Shown: positions 32,989 through 41,534 of the stretch, piece by piece | Position numbering within the stretch: the first letter of the stretch is position 1 | How the letters are laid out: every line of letters starts with the position of its first letter | IMG/VR virus record: IMGVR_UViG_3300005253_000069 | Span: 1-41,794 of that record | DNA length: 41,794 nt | Source of the DNA: a virus | Strand: one strand, 5' to 3' | The notes under the pieces: generated by a model | Seen by the model: only the letters and a program-made list of their open reading frames with translations | Databases searched by the model: none | Told to the model about the DNA's origin: nothing | Position numbers and translations under genes: made by a program

Positions 32989-34203
32989 TTAATCACCCCC
33001 TTTCTCATCCATCCCTGAAAATATACTATACATCAACCTACTCTTCGACCCCCTCTTTCCACTACCTGTTGCTTCAACTTCCATCACATCAATCATATCA
33101 GCCTTTATCAACGTATCCAACAGCTCATCTAAATCCGCTGCACTATGTTTGTATGACAACTTCTTTATCAACACCGCCCTCGGTATCTCTACAGCCTCTT
33201 TAATAACAGAATATAGCAGCTCCAGGTTACTCCCCTTAGCACTCTTCTCAATGGCTTTGACAGCCATCTCCATATCAACTTCAACATCATCTAATATCCC
33301 CAATGATTGTATTAGATGCTCCTTCCCTAACACAAGAGCATCCTTCTCACACACCGACAGTATCATGGCTATCTTGATTAGATTAACTGACTTCCTTAGG
33401 TTGTATCCTAGTAGTACCCTAGACTCCTTTCTAACATCCAAGTTCTTATACCAGTCCTCATACCACCCTCTTCCCTCCTTCGACCACTTGAACTTCCCCC
33501 TCAGGCTGCTAATAACATTCAGGTCTTGAATCAACTTAGCCCTACACCCATAATCAATCTTAGGAAATGGATTCCTATCCCTCGGAGTCTCGGAGTATAC
33601 AAACACCATCCTCGATGTGAACCCACCACCTGCTGACTCAGGAGGGAAGCCACTCTTAAGCCAGGTTGGTGTGGTTGCTCCTAGTAGGTGTATCCAAGTA
33701 TTCTTCAGCACCACCGTTCCCTGGGTCTTGGTTTCATACTTCCAGTTGTCATCACAGTCATAGAGCTCAATGAGCACACCCACCAACCCCTTGTTGTAGG
33801 CATCACTACCGAGGAATACACCCAGCTCAGATGCAAATATCATACACGCTGAATTATGAACAACCCTCTTTCCGTCCATCTTCATTGTACTACCTAGTCT
33901 GGATATCAATGCCTCGGTTGTTATCTTCTGAGCAAAGATGTTTATGGGGTCGTCCATCCTATTCAACACATTCCGAGCTAGCTTCATCGCTGTACTCTTC
34001 TTGCAGAGGGCGGGGTCGGACACAAGGATTATGAACAGGTTACTCCTTACTTCATAAGCTCCCATGTCAACGACAACATGCCTCTCAAGCGCAGCTCCGA
34101 CTGTGCTGATACCGCACCATTTGTGGAAGATGTCAGGAGACTCCTGATTCTGAGTATAACGCATATACTCATCAAGCCACGAGCCTTTGATTACTCTTGG
34201 CAT
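32989..34203 (-). CDS. P-loop-like replication protein candidate (helicase/primase-associated, DUF3987-like)
   Basis: 404 aa with a deviant Walker-A-like SDPALCKKST and Walker-B-like RMVFVYSE. It sits downstream of the polymerase. The function is tentative. Confidence 0.35.
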   Translation of the reverse strand: MPRVIKGSWLDEYMRYTQNQESPDIFHKWCGISTVGAALERHVVVDMGAYEVRSNLFIILVSDPALCKKSTAMKLARNVLNRMDDPINIFAQKITTEALISRLGSTMKMDGKRVVHNSACMIFASELGVFLGSDAYNKGLVGVLIELYDCDDNWKYETKTQGTVVLKNTWIHLLGATTPTWLKSGFPPESAGGGFTSRMVFVYSETPRDRNPFPKIDYGCRAKLIQDLNVISSLRGKFKWSKEGRGWYEDWYKNLDVRKESRVLLGYNLRKSVNLIKIAMILSVCEKDALVLGKEHLIQSLGILDDVEVDMEMAVKAIEKSAKGSNLELLYSVIKEAVEIPRAVLIKKLSYKHSAADLDELLDTLIKADMIDVMEVEATGSGKRGSKSRLMYSIFSGMDEKGGD

Positions 34204-34625
34204 TAGTTAGCCTTCTTCCATGTACCGTCCTTCCAAGTCTTGTTGAACACTTCCTTCATAACTACTGCTAACCAAAGTTGCTCCATTGAGTAAGTTCCAG
34301 GCTTATCAAATGGAGGTAAATGTTTCTCAATCCATGCACCAACATGATATAACAATGTCATTATATCTCTTGGATGCAATTTCCATCCCTGTTCTTTAAT
34401 AATCATCTCCTGCAACTGGGCTTGCCTCCACACTATAAAAATGTAAGTACGCTTAGACTTTTCTCGTGATTGCCAATCTTCTATGAAGTGAAAGAAGTAA
34501 CGTACTCCACTCCTTTCATATCCATCAAAGACATATCTGTAAGCCACAACGTCATTCATTTCTGGCTCTCGATGTTGCAAATCTTTCTGTGCTTCCTTAC
34601 ACATCCTTACATATGTTTCCATCAT
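34203..34625 (-). CDS. Hypothetical protein
   Basis: 140-aa Trp-rich ORF coupled to the downstream gene (its TAA stop and the next gene's ATG share base 34203). Confidence 0.55.
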   Translation of the reverse strand: MMETYVRMCKEAQKDLQHREPEMNDVVAYRYVFDGYERSGVRYFFHFIEDWQSREKSKRTYIFIVWRQAQLQEMIIKEQGWKLHPRDIMTLLYHVGAWIEKHLPPFDKPGTYSMEQLWLAVVMKEVFNKTWKDGTWKKAN

Positions 34626-34633
34626 CCCCTCCT

Positions 34634-34792
34634 TTAGTTCCTTAATACTACTTCCCCTTTTCGATTAAAGCTCTCTCCACAGTAGCTACAGAACTGCACC
34701 TCCCCAAGTTCTGTAGCAGACTTATCAACCCAGTAATCCTTATCCTTATCACAAAAGGGGCATACAATAACAATCTTCTTTCGTCGTGCCAT
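34634..34792 (-). CDS. Zinc-ribbon micro-protein (52 aa)
   Basis: MARRKKIVIVCPFCDKDKDYWVDKSATELGEVQFCSYCGESFNRKGEVVLRN, with CPFC...CSYC and SD AAGGAGG. Below the track cut-off. Confidence 0.45.
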   Translation of the reverse strand: MARRKKIVIVCPFCDKDKDYWVDKSATELGEVQFCSYCGESFNRKGEVVLRN

Positions 34793-34803
34793 CTTAACCT
34801 CCT

Positions 34804-37065
34804 TTACGATACTTCATCCCAAGTCATTCCTTCTTTGATGTCCGCAGGTATCTTAACCTTCCTTCCCTCTACCTCTATCTCAACCTCAACAGCTCGTTTA
34901 ATCATAGCATACAACTCCTCTCTATGTTTGTTTAAGTAGTCCTCATTGATGTTAATAACTATTGCATCGTGTATCTGTAACACAATCCTCGCTTCCCTCG
35001 GCAGACAAAAGTGAAGCCTCGTTAGTCCTATGTTAGTGTAGTCACCCACCGTTGACTGAGGCACGAATGCATATGCCTTCCTAAACATATCAGCCCCCCA
35101 TCTGTCAAAGAACGCCCTCCGTCTACCCAGCGGAGTTGCTAACATCTTAGTTCTCCTCAGCATATTCTCAACCTTCAAGTGCCATATCTTGAGTTTGGGG
35201 TAGGTAGCATAGTAGGTGTTAAGTGCCTTCTTGGAGTCACCATAGCTTAGGCCCGTCAACTTAGAGAACTTCCCATGACCAATAGCATAATTACCTGCAT
35301 GCACCAGCGTCTTCCCCAATCTACGCTGTTCGGATGTTACATCCTTCTCACCTACCCCAAAGATGTTCGAGGCATTCTTCCTGTGAACATCACCACCCTC
35401 TTCAAATATCTTCATGAAGTGGATGTCCTCGCTGAGGTAAGCTACAACTCTAGCCTCAGCCTGACTAAGGTCAACGCCTATAAACTTACACTCCTCGTCA
35501 GGAAGGAAGAAGCTTCGGGCATCACCCTTAGGTACGTTCTGGAGGTTAACATCCTTACTGGCCAACCTCCCAGTGTCGGTGCCTGAGATGATGTAATGTG
35601 TCCTCATCCTCCCATCAGCACAAGGCTTGGCATCAAGGAAGGTTGATTTTAGTGTTCTTATCTCCCTTATCTTAAGAATGAGTCCAAGCACTTTCAGGTT
35701 AAACTTAGCATTCAACTCCTTAAGCGCATCCTTGTTTGTAGTTATCTTTCCCTTCTTATACTTAGGTGGAAGATTGAGCTCCTCATATAGAAACTTAGCC
35801 ACCTGTGGCTTGGAACATACATTCAACGGATGTCCAACAGCTTCCTCCAGCTTGCTCTCCATGTTCTCAATCTTAACTCCTGCATCATCAGATAGCTCTT
35901 GTTTTCGTTTTGCATCTATCCCCACCCCATATCCTTGTATCATCCTTAGAGGTTTAATCAACGGATGCAACACCTGCCTGTAAAATCTATCAACCTTCAG
36001 CTCCTTCATCTCAGCCTCTAGGGCTAATGCCACCTCGAGGGTGACTGCAGCATCTAGGTTACAATACCTCCAGAGGTCGGTTGAACTCATCCATTTGTAG
36101 TATGGTTCGTCAGTATAAATTGATGTCTGAAAATCAAGAGCCTTAGGTAGCTCAGGGTAGCATAGATGGTGAGCATTCATAGTGTCCATCCACAAATCCT
36201 CAACGTGGACACCATGCCTCTCAAGGTGAGCTATGTCAAAGTTAGCGTTTTGGGCAACCTTAGGTATGTCACTCCCCAGGATTTTAGAGATACACCTCCA
36301 AACCTCCATCTCATCAGTGGTTGTTTTCCAATAATCACGCTTCTTATCCCTCGTCAACAGAGGGAAACACCATGACCTCCATGGAGTTATAGCAAATGCG
36401 ATACAAGCTATGTCAGCATCATCCTCAAGTCCACGAGTTTCTATGTCAAAACTAATATACTTAGCACCCTTGAGGATGGTTTCTGTCCACCGCTGGATAG
36501 TATTAACCAGCCTGGGGTCGTCAAACAGTGCTCTAAATGGAGGCTCAAACTCTTGAACGAAGGATTGCTTCTTAGCCTTAGCTAAATCACACACACCTAT
36601 CTGCCTCCACAACCAATTACGCATAATTCCTGCTGGGTGGTAGGTGGGGATTACCTTTACACCACCCAGCTTGGAGGGATAGATAATACTCCCCCTCCAT
36701 TTACCAACACCTACATGTTCTGTAAGTGCCTTCAATGCTTCGTTGCCGAGAGCAACTACAACATTTGGGTTGATTAGCATCAGGTCTTTCACCAACCTAG
36801 CCCTTCCTTCTATCAGTGGAGGCAGAGGTCTAGTCCTCTTCTTATCCTCATAAAAGACTCCGAAGTTATTGCCTGATGGGCGTACTTGCATAACGTTGTC
36901 TACATAACAATCTTCTCTATCAATGCCAGCTTCTACTAGCATCCTATCTAGGAGTTGGCCTGATGTACCTACGAAGGATACACCTTCCCTGTCTTCGTCA
37001 CGGCCTGGTGCTTCACCTATGAGGGCTATGCTAGCATCACGAGGGCCGAAGCCTTTTACTATCAT
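34804..37065 (-). CDS. Family-A DNA polymerase with 3'-5' exonuclease and N-terminal UDG-family-4-like domain
   Basis: 753 aa. UDG-like motifs: LIGEAPGRDEDREGVSFVGTSGQLL and IPTYHPAG. Exo motifs: FDIETRG (I), NANFDIAHL (II), YCNLDAAVT (III). Pol motifs: DLSQAEARVVAY (A), RRLGKTLVHAGNYAIG (B), LQIHDAIV (C). Confidence 0.9.
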   Translation of the reverse strand: MIVKGFGPRDASIALIGEAPGRDEDREGVSFVGTSGQLLDRMLVEAGIDREDCYVDNVMQVRPSGNNFGVFYEDKKRTRPLPPLIEGRARLVKDLMLINPNVVVALGNEALKALTEHVGVGKWRGSIIYPSKLGGVKVIPTYHPAGIMRNWLWRQIGVCDLAKAKKQSFVQEFEPPFRALFDDPRLVNTIQRWTETILKGAKYISFDIETRGLEDDADIACIAFAITPWRSWCFPLLTRDKKRDYWKTTTDEMEVWRCISKILGSDIPKVAQNANFDIAHLERHGVHVEDLWMDTMNAHHLCYPELPKALDFQTSIYTDEPYYKWMSSTDLWRYCNLDAAVTLEVALALEAEMKELKVDRFYRQVLHPLIKPLRMIQGYGVGIDAKRKQELSDDAGVKIENMESKLEEAVGHPLNVCSKPQVAKFLYEELNLPPKYKKGKITTNKDALKELNAKFNLKVLGLILKIREIRTLKSTFLDAKPCADGRMRTHYIISGTDTGRLASKDVNLQNVPKGDARSFFLPDEECKFIGVDLSQAEARVVAYLSEDIHFMKIFEEGGDVHRKNASNIFGVGEKDVTSEQRRLGKTLVHAGNYAIGHGKFSKLTGLSYGDSKKALNTYYATYPKLKIWHLKVENMLRRTKMLATPLGRRRAFFDRWGADMFRKAYAFVPQSTVGDYTNIGLTRLHFCLPREARIVLQIHDAIVININEDYLNKHREELYAMIKRAVEVEIEVEGRKVKIPADIKEGMTWDEVS

Positions 37066-37231
37066 ATTTTATCCCTCCTTCCCCGCCTTTTCCTAGCAAT
37101 CTACAATTCAATATGAGTGCTTCTATCCCCTCTATTATAAGAGACCCTTCTATCTTGAGGTTGATTGCTACCTCCCTCTTACCTGCAATCTTTCTCAACA
37201 ACCACCATCTAAGTTTAATTATCCACATCAT
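37037..37231 (-). CDS. Hypothetical small protein (W-rich hydrophobic N-terminus)
   Basis: 64 aa, SD AGGAGGG 8 nt upstream. Overlaps the polymerase start by 29 nt. Confidence 0.4.
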   Translation of the reverse strand: MMWIIKLRWWLLRKIAGKREVAINLKIEGSLIIEGIEALILNCRLLGKGGEGGIKYDSKRLRPS

Positions 37232-37243
37232 TTATAAGCCCTC

Positions 37244-37471
37244 CTAATGTGCCACAATTATCTTCTTCCTCGGTGGAGCAACAACCTGCATCTCCGACAC
37301 CTGCCCCCTGGCATCTCTAACCTTCAACACAATATCATCCCCACTCCACCCACATTCCATAGTTACCATCGAGTCCTTAAAGGCGAGACTCATCCTTCGA
37401 TGCTGTTTATCAAGTGCTACACTAACTATGATGTGTGCGGAGGCTTTAGCCAGTTCTTGGATTGGTATCAT
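37244..37471 (-). CDS. Hypothetical protein
   Basis: 75-aa ORF coupled to the methyltransferase stop (ATGA). Confidence 0.5.
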   Translation of the reverse strand: MIPIQELAKASAHIIVSVALDKQHRRMSLAFKDSMVTMECGWSGDDIVLKVRDARGQVSEMQVVAPPRKKIIVAH

Positions 37472-38724
37472 TTTTCTACTCCTAACCGTCTCATACGCTC
37501 ACATATCCCATTATAACTATCCTTATCCTTCTCAACAAGGATACAATCTCTCTTAGCCCTCAGTGCAGCCTCACCAACACACCCACTTCCAGCAAAGGGG
37601 TCGAGTACAAGCTCACCAGGAAGTGTAGATGTCTCTATCAACACCTGCATCAACGCCACTGGCTTCTCGGTTGGATGTATCCTTAGTCTAGAGGGTACAA
37701 TCTTATAGCTCAGGACATCCAGTGGATTCCTATTCAGCGGTCTACTCCCCTTCATACAATGCAGGATACCCTCATAAGACCTACTCCAATCCTCAGGATT
37801 AGCTGCAGAACTTGAAGTACCCTTACTCCATATAAGGAGTATGTCATCAACATCAAAACCAGCCTCCTTAAGAAGCTTAGTAATGTCTTTCTTCCTTGCG
37901 CTAGCGATAAAGACATACGCATGCCTATCATCCTTGAGGTTGTTATACATAGCTTTGAATGCTCCCCTCAACATATCATCAGTCTCATACTCTCTATCCT
38001 CAAAGATTTCATCTCGCTTAAACTTCTTGTAGGCTTTACCGCTTGTAGGTAGGTCAACCCCATATGGAGGATCAGTAAGCACAAGGTCAGCCTTCACCTT
38101 CAACTTTGGGACAATTACCCTGCAATCCCCCAGATGAACATCATCAACAGGCTCAGCATTAGCTAGTCTTTTCTGTATCTCAGTCTGAATGGCCTGTTCC
38201 TTAAGCCTCTTCATCTTCTTGAACGCAGCGGTTTTAGTCTTCTCATCCTTGAGCTGAGGATACATCCCTAGCCCCTTAGCCAGCTGTATATCCATACTAA
38301 CCTGCCCCATGCTCTCACCCAGGGATGTCGCAGTATCCTTCACGCCCCACCCATCACTCTTATGCCCCTTAGTGGCTGTGCCATAGATGGACTTCTTGAT
38401 GCTGTCAAGGAGTAGCTTAGCCTGTACCTCCTCCTGCCACGTAAACGCCTTCCTCTTAATATTCTCCTCAAGCTCAATCTCAGCACGTTCCATCTCACTA
38501 AGGTTCTTCAGCTCATTGACCTCAATCTCCTCAAGGCCTAAATACAGATGTGCCTTGAACCTCCTCTCCCCCGCAACCAGCTCCCACTCACCTCCATTGT
38601 CTTTGTTAACAACGATGGGGTGGAGTAAGCCATACTTCTGGATTGATTGAGCTAGCCCAGTGATGTCACCATACTCCTCTCTTACTCTCTTACCTACTTT
38701 GATGTCAGCTAGTTTTAGTTTCAT
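37468..38724 (-). CDS. ParB-like nuclease domain fused to beta-class N6A/N4C DNA methyltransferase
   Basis: 418 aa. The N-terminal ParB/Srx-type segment is LAQSIQKYGLLHPIVV...LVAGERRFKA. The methyltransferase has motif IV LVLTDPPYG before motif I LDPFAGSGCVGEAA, which is the beta-class order. Confidence 0.9.
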   Translation of the reverse strand: MKLKLADIKVGKRVREEYGDITGLAQSIQKYGLLHPIVVNKDNGGEWELVAGERRFKAHLYLGLEEIEVNELKNLSEMERAEIELEENIKRKAFTWQEEVQAKLLLDSIKKSIYGTATKGHKSDGWGVKDTATSLGESMGQVSMDIQLAKGLGMYPQLKDEKTKTAAFKKMKRLKEQAIQTEIQKRLANAEPVDDVHLGDCRVIVPKLKVKADLVLTDPPYGVDLPTSGKAYKKFKRDEIFEDREYETDDMLRGAFKAMYNNLKDDRHAYVFIASARKKDITKLLKEAGFDVDDILLIWSKGTSSSAANPEDWSRSYEGILHCMKGSRPLNRNPLDVLSYKIVPSRLRIHPTEKPVALMQVLIETSTLPGELVLDPFAGSGCVGEAALRAKRDCILVEKDKDSYNGICERMRRLGVEK

Positions 38725-38954
38725 TTAGCCTCCTTTAGCTTCTTGCCACAAACAGGACAGTAGTATATGATAAGTCCAAGCTCTTTTCCATCAGCATTTG
38801 TATCATATGAACCACATCCTTCCGTGTCTATAGCAAAAAAGAACCTCTTGTCTTGATGCCAATTTATCCTTCCAAAAGGGAAACTTTCATTCTTGATGTT
38901 TATACATCCCTTACATTCACTCATCTCTTCCTCCTCCACTTCCAAATTCCCCAC
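38721..38954 (-). CDS. Zinc-ribbon small protein
   Basis: 77 aa with CKGC near the N-terminus and CPVCGKK at the C-terminus. Confidence 0.55.
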   Translation of the reverse strand: MGNLEVEEEEMSECKGCINIKNESFPFGRINWHQDKRFFFAIDTEGCGSYDTNADGKELGLIIYYCPVCGKKLKEAK

Positions 38955-39130
38955 AATGCCAGTACAAAATACACTGCCATCAACACCCCCTGAGCAGGTA
39001 TCTCTTCCTTAAAATCAATAATCATCCACGCAAAATTAGTACCTGCCCAGATTACAAAACACAGCCTTTTTTTATAGATGTTGAGCACCACACCCACGAG
39101 GGATAGTGCTGCTATTATCCAATAGGTCAT
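38921..39130 (-). CDS. Three-TM mini membrane protein, PnuC-repeat-like
   Basis: 69 aa. LVGVVLNIYKKRLCFVIWAGTNFAWMIIDF...VYFVLALWGIWKW resembles the N..KK..W..W and Y....GW..W signatures of PnuC-type transporters. Three predicted TM helices. Confidence 0.4.
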   Translation of the reverse strand: MTYWIIAALSLVGVVLNIYKKRLCFVIWAGTNFAWMIIDFKEEIPAQGVLMAVYFVLALWGIWKWRRKR

Positions 39131-39324
39131 ATTTTGAGAACCTTTTTTACTACATCCTTAAACCCACTATCTAAGCCTTGAATGAACTCAATAATCTCAT
39201 TTTGGTTTGAGACTAGCTGTACTAGGAGCTTGTACGCCTCAGGTTTACCTTCTAAATCAGCTAAATCGCCTGAAGGCATGTTTATCTTTTCCATTTTATT
39301 CCCCCACCGTACCATCATTCCCAA
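39127..39324 (-). CDS. Hypothetical protein
   Basis: 65-aa ORF. The more likely start is the internal MEKINMPSG at 39294. Confidence 0.4.
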   Translation of the reverse strand: MGMMVRWGNKMEKINMPSGDLADLEGKPEAYKLLVQLVSNQNEIIEFIQGLDSGFKDVVKKVLKI

Positions 39325-39556
39325 CCCTATGCCCCAAAACCTTAGATGGTCTCAACCTCCTGCCCACATTTTCAATTTTTGAAATTACGGTAGGCTTCCT
39401 CTTCCACCCCTGCTTCTTAAGAAAAGTCTTCGTTCTAACATAAACACCCTCTGCATCAAATGATGTACTATACTCAGTGCGTGAATGGATAAAATTATCT
39501 TTAAGCTCCAGTGTCCTCTCTGCCCTGCCTTTGATTAACACTACCTTTGCGTTCAT
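39296..39556 (-). CDS. Hypothetical basic protein (contains palindrome copy 5 in its 3' third)
   Basis: 86 aa with an excellent SD (AAGGAGG, 6 nt). The C-terminal 30 codons run through the 25-bp motif and an SD-like GCAGGAGGTTG. Confidence 0.45.
   Translation of the reverse strand: MNAKVVLIKGRAERTLELKDNFIHSRTEYSTSFDAEGVYVRTKTFLKKQGWKRKPTVISKIENVGRRLRPSKVLGHRVGNDGTVGE
39365..39389. repeat. 25-bp near-palindromic motif, copy 5 (CACATTTTCAATTTTTGAAATTACG)
   Basis: On the minus strand it is followed by GGCAGGAGGTTGAGACC, then ATC TAA where copies 1-4 have ATG. This is the same GCAGGAGGTTG context as copy 1. Confidence 0.8.
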
Positions 39557-39673
39557 ATTATGCCTCCTTACACCTACCCTGGTGAGGATAACCCCAACCT
39601 CACTCCACTAACACTCTCGTGTGCTATTGCAATCACATTACCAGGTGCTCTCGCACCTCAGGGTGGATTCTAT

Positions 39674-39877
39674 TTACTCCTGAGGGTGAGTCTCTCCAGC
39701 CCTCACACCAAAGTAGAACACCCATGCTATCATAGCCCACTTCCCCATTTCCTTAACAGTCTCCGAGTCTATCTTTACAAACACAGCAGATACTGCAGCC
39801 ACAGTTAGCCCGATTGCTATGAGTGCCCTTACACTACCACTTGGCATCCACAGTGCATGCTTCCCTTCGTTGTTCAT
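39674..39877 (-). CDS. Two-TM membrane protein, holin candidate
   Basis: 67 aa with TM segments ALIAIGLTVAAVSAVFV and WAMIAWVFYFGV and a charged C-terminus. Lies in the cluster with the lysin. Confidence 0.45.
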   Translation of the reverse strand: MNNEGKHALWMPSGSVRALIAIGLTVAAVSAVFVKIDSETVKEMGKWAMIAWVFYFGVRAGETHPQE

Positions 39878-40092
39878 CTTGCTCTCCTTACTCTCTTATT
39901 GTTAGCATAAATTGCCAGACACACAGCACCAACATCCTTAATGTTTACTTGATTGCCAGCCTTCAGTCGTTGTTCTAGAATTTTTCTTACAGTCGGCACG
40001 TTAGCAACCCCATCAAAGTCTAGTGTCACTGCTATAGAGTCAGCATCATACTGTTGCTCATCTATCACAAACACCTTTATCTCCTTAGCCAC
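39874..40092 (-). CDS. Hypothetical protein
   Basis: 72-aa ORF coupled (ATGA) to the holin candidate. Confidence 0.5.
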   Translation of the reverse strand: MAKEIKVFVIDEQQYDADSIAVTLDFDGVANVPTVRKILEQRLKAGNQVNIKDVGAVCLAIYANNKRVRRAR

Positions 40093-40106
40093 CCTTCATC
40101 ACCCCC

Positions 40107-41078
40107 TTATAACTTCTTCATAAGCTCCTTACACTGAGCCTTAATTGTTTCTTCATCCATAACACTAGGAAACCCTTGTCCATATCCATGTGGATAAACT
40201 GCAAAGCTATTCAGCCCCATCTCCCTGTTGTATATCTCCCACTCCTGCTGAACATTAGGATACACATTATTACCCACATAGAATCCCTGCTGTATACAAA
40301 TAACAGGCATGTCAGCTGGTAACACCCTCTTCATCATCTCAAACTTCTTATACATCACAGGAGCAAATGTCCACCAGGGAAGAGTATGGTCACTATTCTG
40401 AGCCGCTGGACTATCGGGGAATGGTACAGAGCCGTCCTTAATAGAGTAAGGGTATGAATCAGTCATAATAAGGTCAAACGCCTCAAAGTTTACCCTCTCC
40501 TTCCACAACCCCCAGTTTAAGCAACCCCAGACAGGCAACTTCACCTTATTTGCCAACTCATATATCCTCATCTGCTCATCTTTGCTAGTACGTCCTTCCT
40601 TAGCATCAGGTTCTTCTACCGAGGAGAGGATAGCATTTCCGTGCTGTGACATCCCAGCGATAAAGTTCTCTATATGAGCATGGGGTAGCTGAAAACAACC
40701 ATACATACCTCTTCTTGCTAACTCATCAAGCCAATCATCAAGTGCTTCTTCCCAAGGATGTTTGTCTGTGGTGTATGTATGTACTACATTAAATCCCACC
40801 TCCTGAACCTCATTAAGCCAACTAGTATCACCAGCATCTGGACATACGTAGAGCATTTTGTACAATCTGTCTGTTTTATGATTCTCTTCTGGCTCCACCT
40901 CAGGCCACTCACTTATCTCCTTCCCCAAGTTGTTGAATACATCCTGGTCATCAACATACTCTCTCACTTCCTTCTCCCAACCAACACCCATTACCTTCTC
41001 AGCAACCTCGGGAGTTGTTAGCCATCTGAACTTGCCATCCATTTTTATGTACAGCCTACTACTTTGGTATAGTTTCAC
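40107..41078 (-). CDS. Hypothetical protein, possibly TIM-barrel glycoside-hydrolase-like
   Basis: 323 aa with alternating beta/alpha character and conserved acidic or aromatic strand ends (VHTYT, SSVEEPD, IMTDSYPY, ICIQQGF). It lies next to the lysin. The functional call is weak. Confidence 0.3.
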   Translation of the reverse strand: MKLYQSSRLYIKMDGKFRWLTTPEVAEKVMGVGWEKEVREYVDDQDVFNNLGKEISEWPEVEPEENHKTDRLYKMLYVCPDAGDTSWLNEVQEVGFNVVHTYTTDKHPWEEALDDWLDELARRGMYGCFQLPHAHIENFIAGMSQHGNAILSSVEEPDAKEGRTSKDEQMRIYELANKVKLPVWGCLNWGLWKERVNFEAFDLIMTDSYPYSIKDGSVPFPDSPAAQNSDHTLPWWTFAPVMYKKFEMMKRVLPADMPVICIQQGFYVGNNVYPNVQQEWEIYNREMGLNSFAVYPHGYGQGFPSVMDEETIKAQCKELMKKL

Positions 41079-41087
41079 GTTGCCTCC

Positions 41088-41534
41088 TTACTCGTCTTTG
41101 TATTTATAAAATACATGATTTCCTATCTCCACCGTCTTTATCATCTTCCTTGACCAGCTTGGATTCAACCCCTTCACAAAGTAATGTGTAGCTCCACCTG
41201 TGGGATCAACCCCCATCCCAAAATACACATTAAATGCTACAACAAAATGCACCTTCATTGATGGCCAAGAGCCTATCGTAAACACTAGGTTTTCAAGCTT
41301 CTCCCTGTTAACATCACTATCATTGAAACAACTGAAGGCATTCTTCCTCAGCAGCACCTTTTCCCACGTCTTACCATAATTCCTCCGTGCATACACCCTA
41401 TTCCTAGCCACCCAAGCCACTGCATACTTACCCTCTTCTGGCTCACCCCTTGCTTCACCCCACCCCATCAGAGCCAAGAGCATTATAGGTAGCATCATGG
41501 AATAGAAGTTCTGTACCTCTGGATGTGTGTTCAT
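41088..41534 (-). CDS. SleB-type cell-wall hydrolase (Hydrolase_2), endolysin with N-terminal hydrophobic segment
   Basis: 148 aa. MGWGEARGEPEEGKYAVAWVARNRV, NAFSCFND and GGATHYF...PSW match the SleB/CwlJ family signature. MMLPIMLLALMGW could be a signal or anchor segment. Confidence 0.8.
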   Translation of the reverse strand: MNTHPEVQNFYSMMLPIMLLALMGWGEARGEPEEGKYAVAWVARNRVYARRNYGKTWEKVLLRKNAFSCFNDSDVNREKLENLVFTIGSWPSMKVHFVVAFNVYFGMGVDPTGGATHYFVKGLNPSWSRKMIKTVEIGNHVFYKYKDE

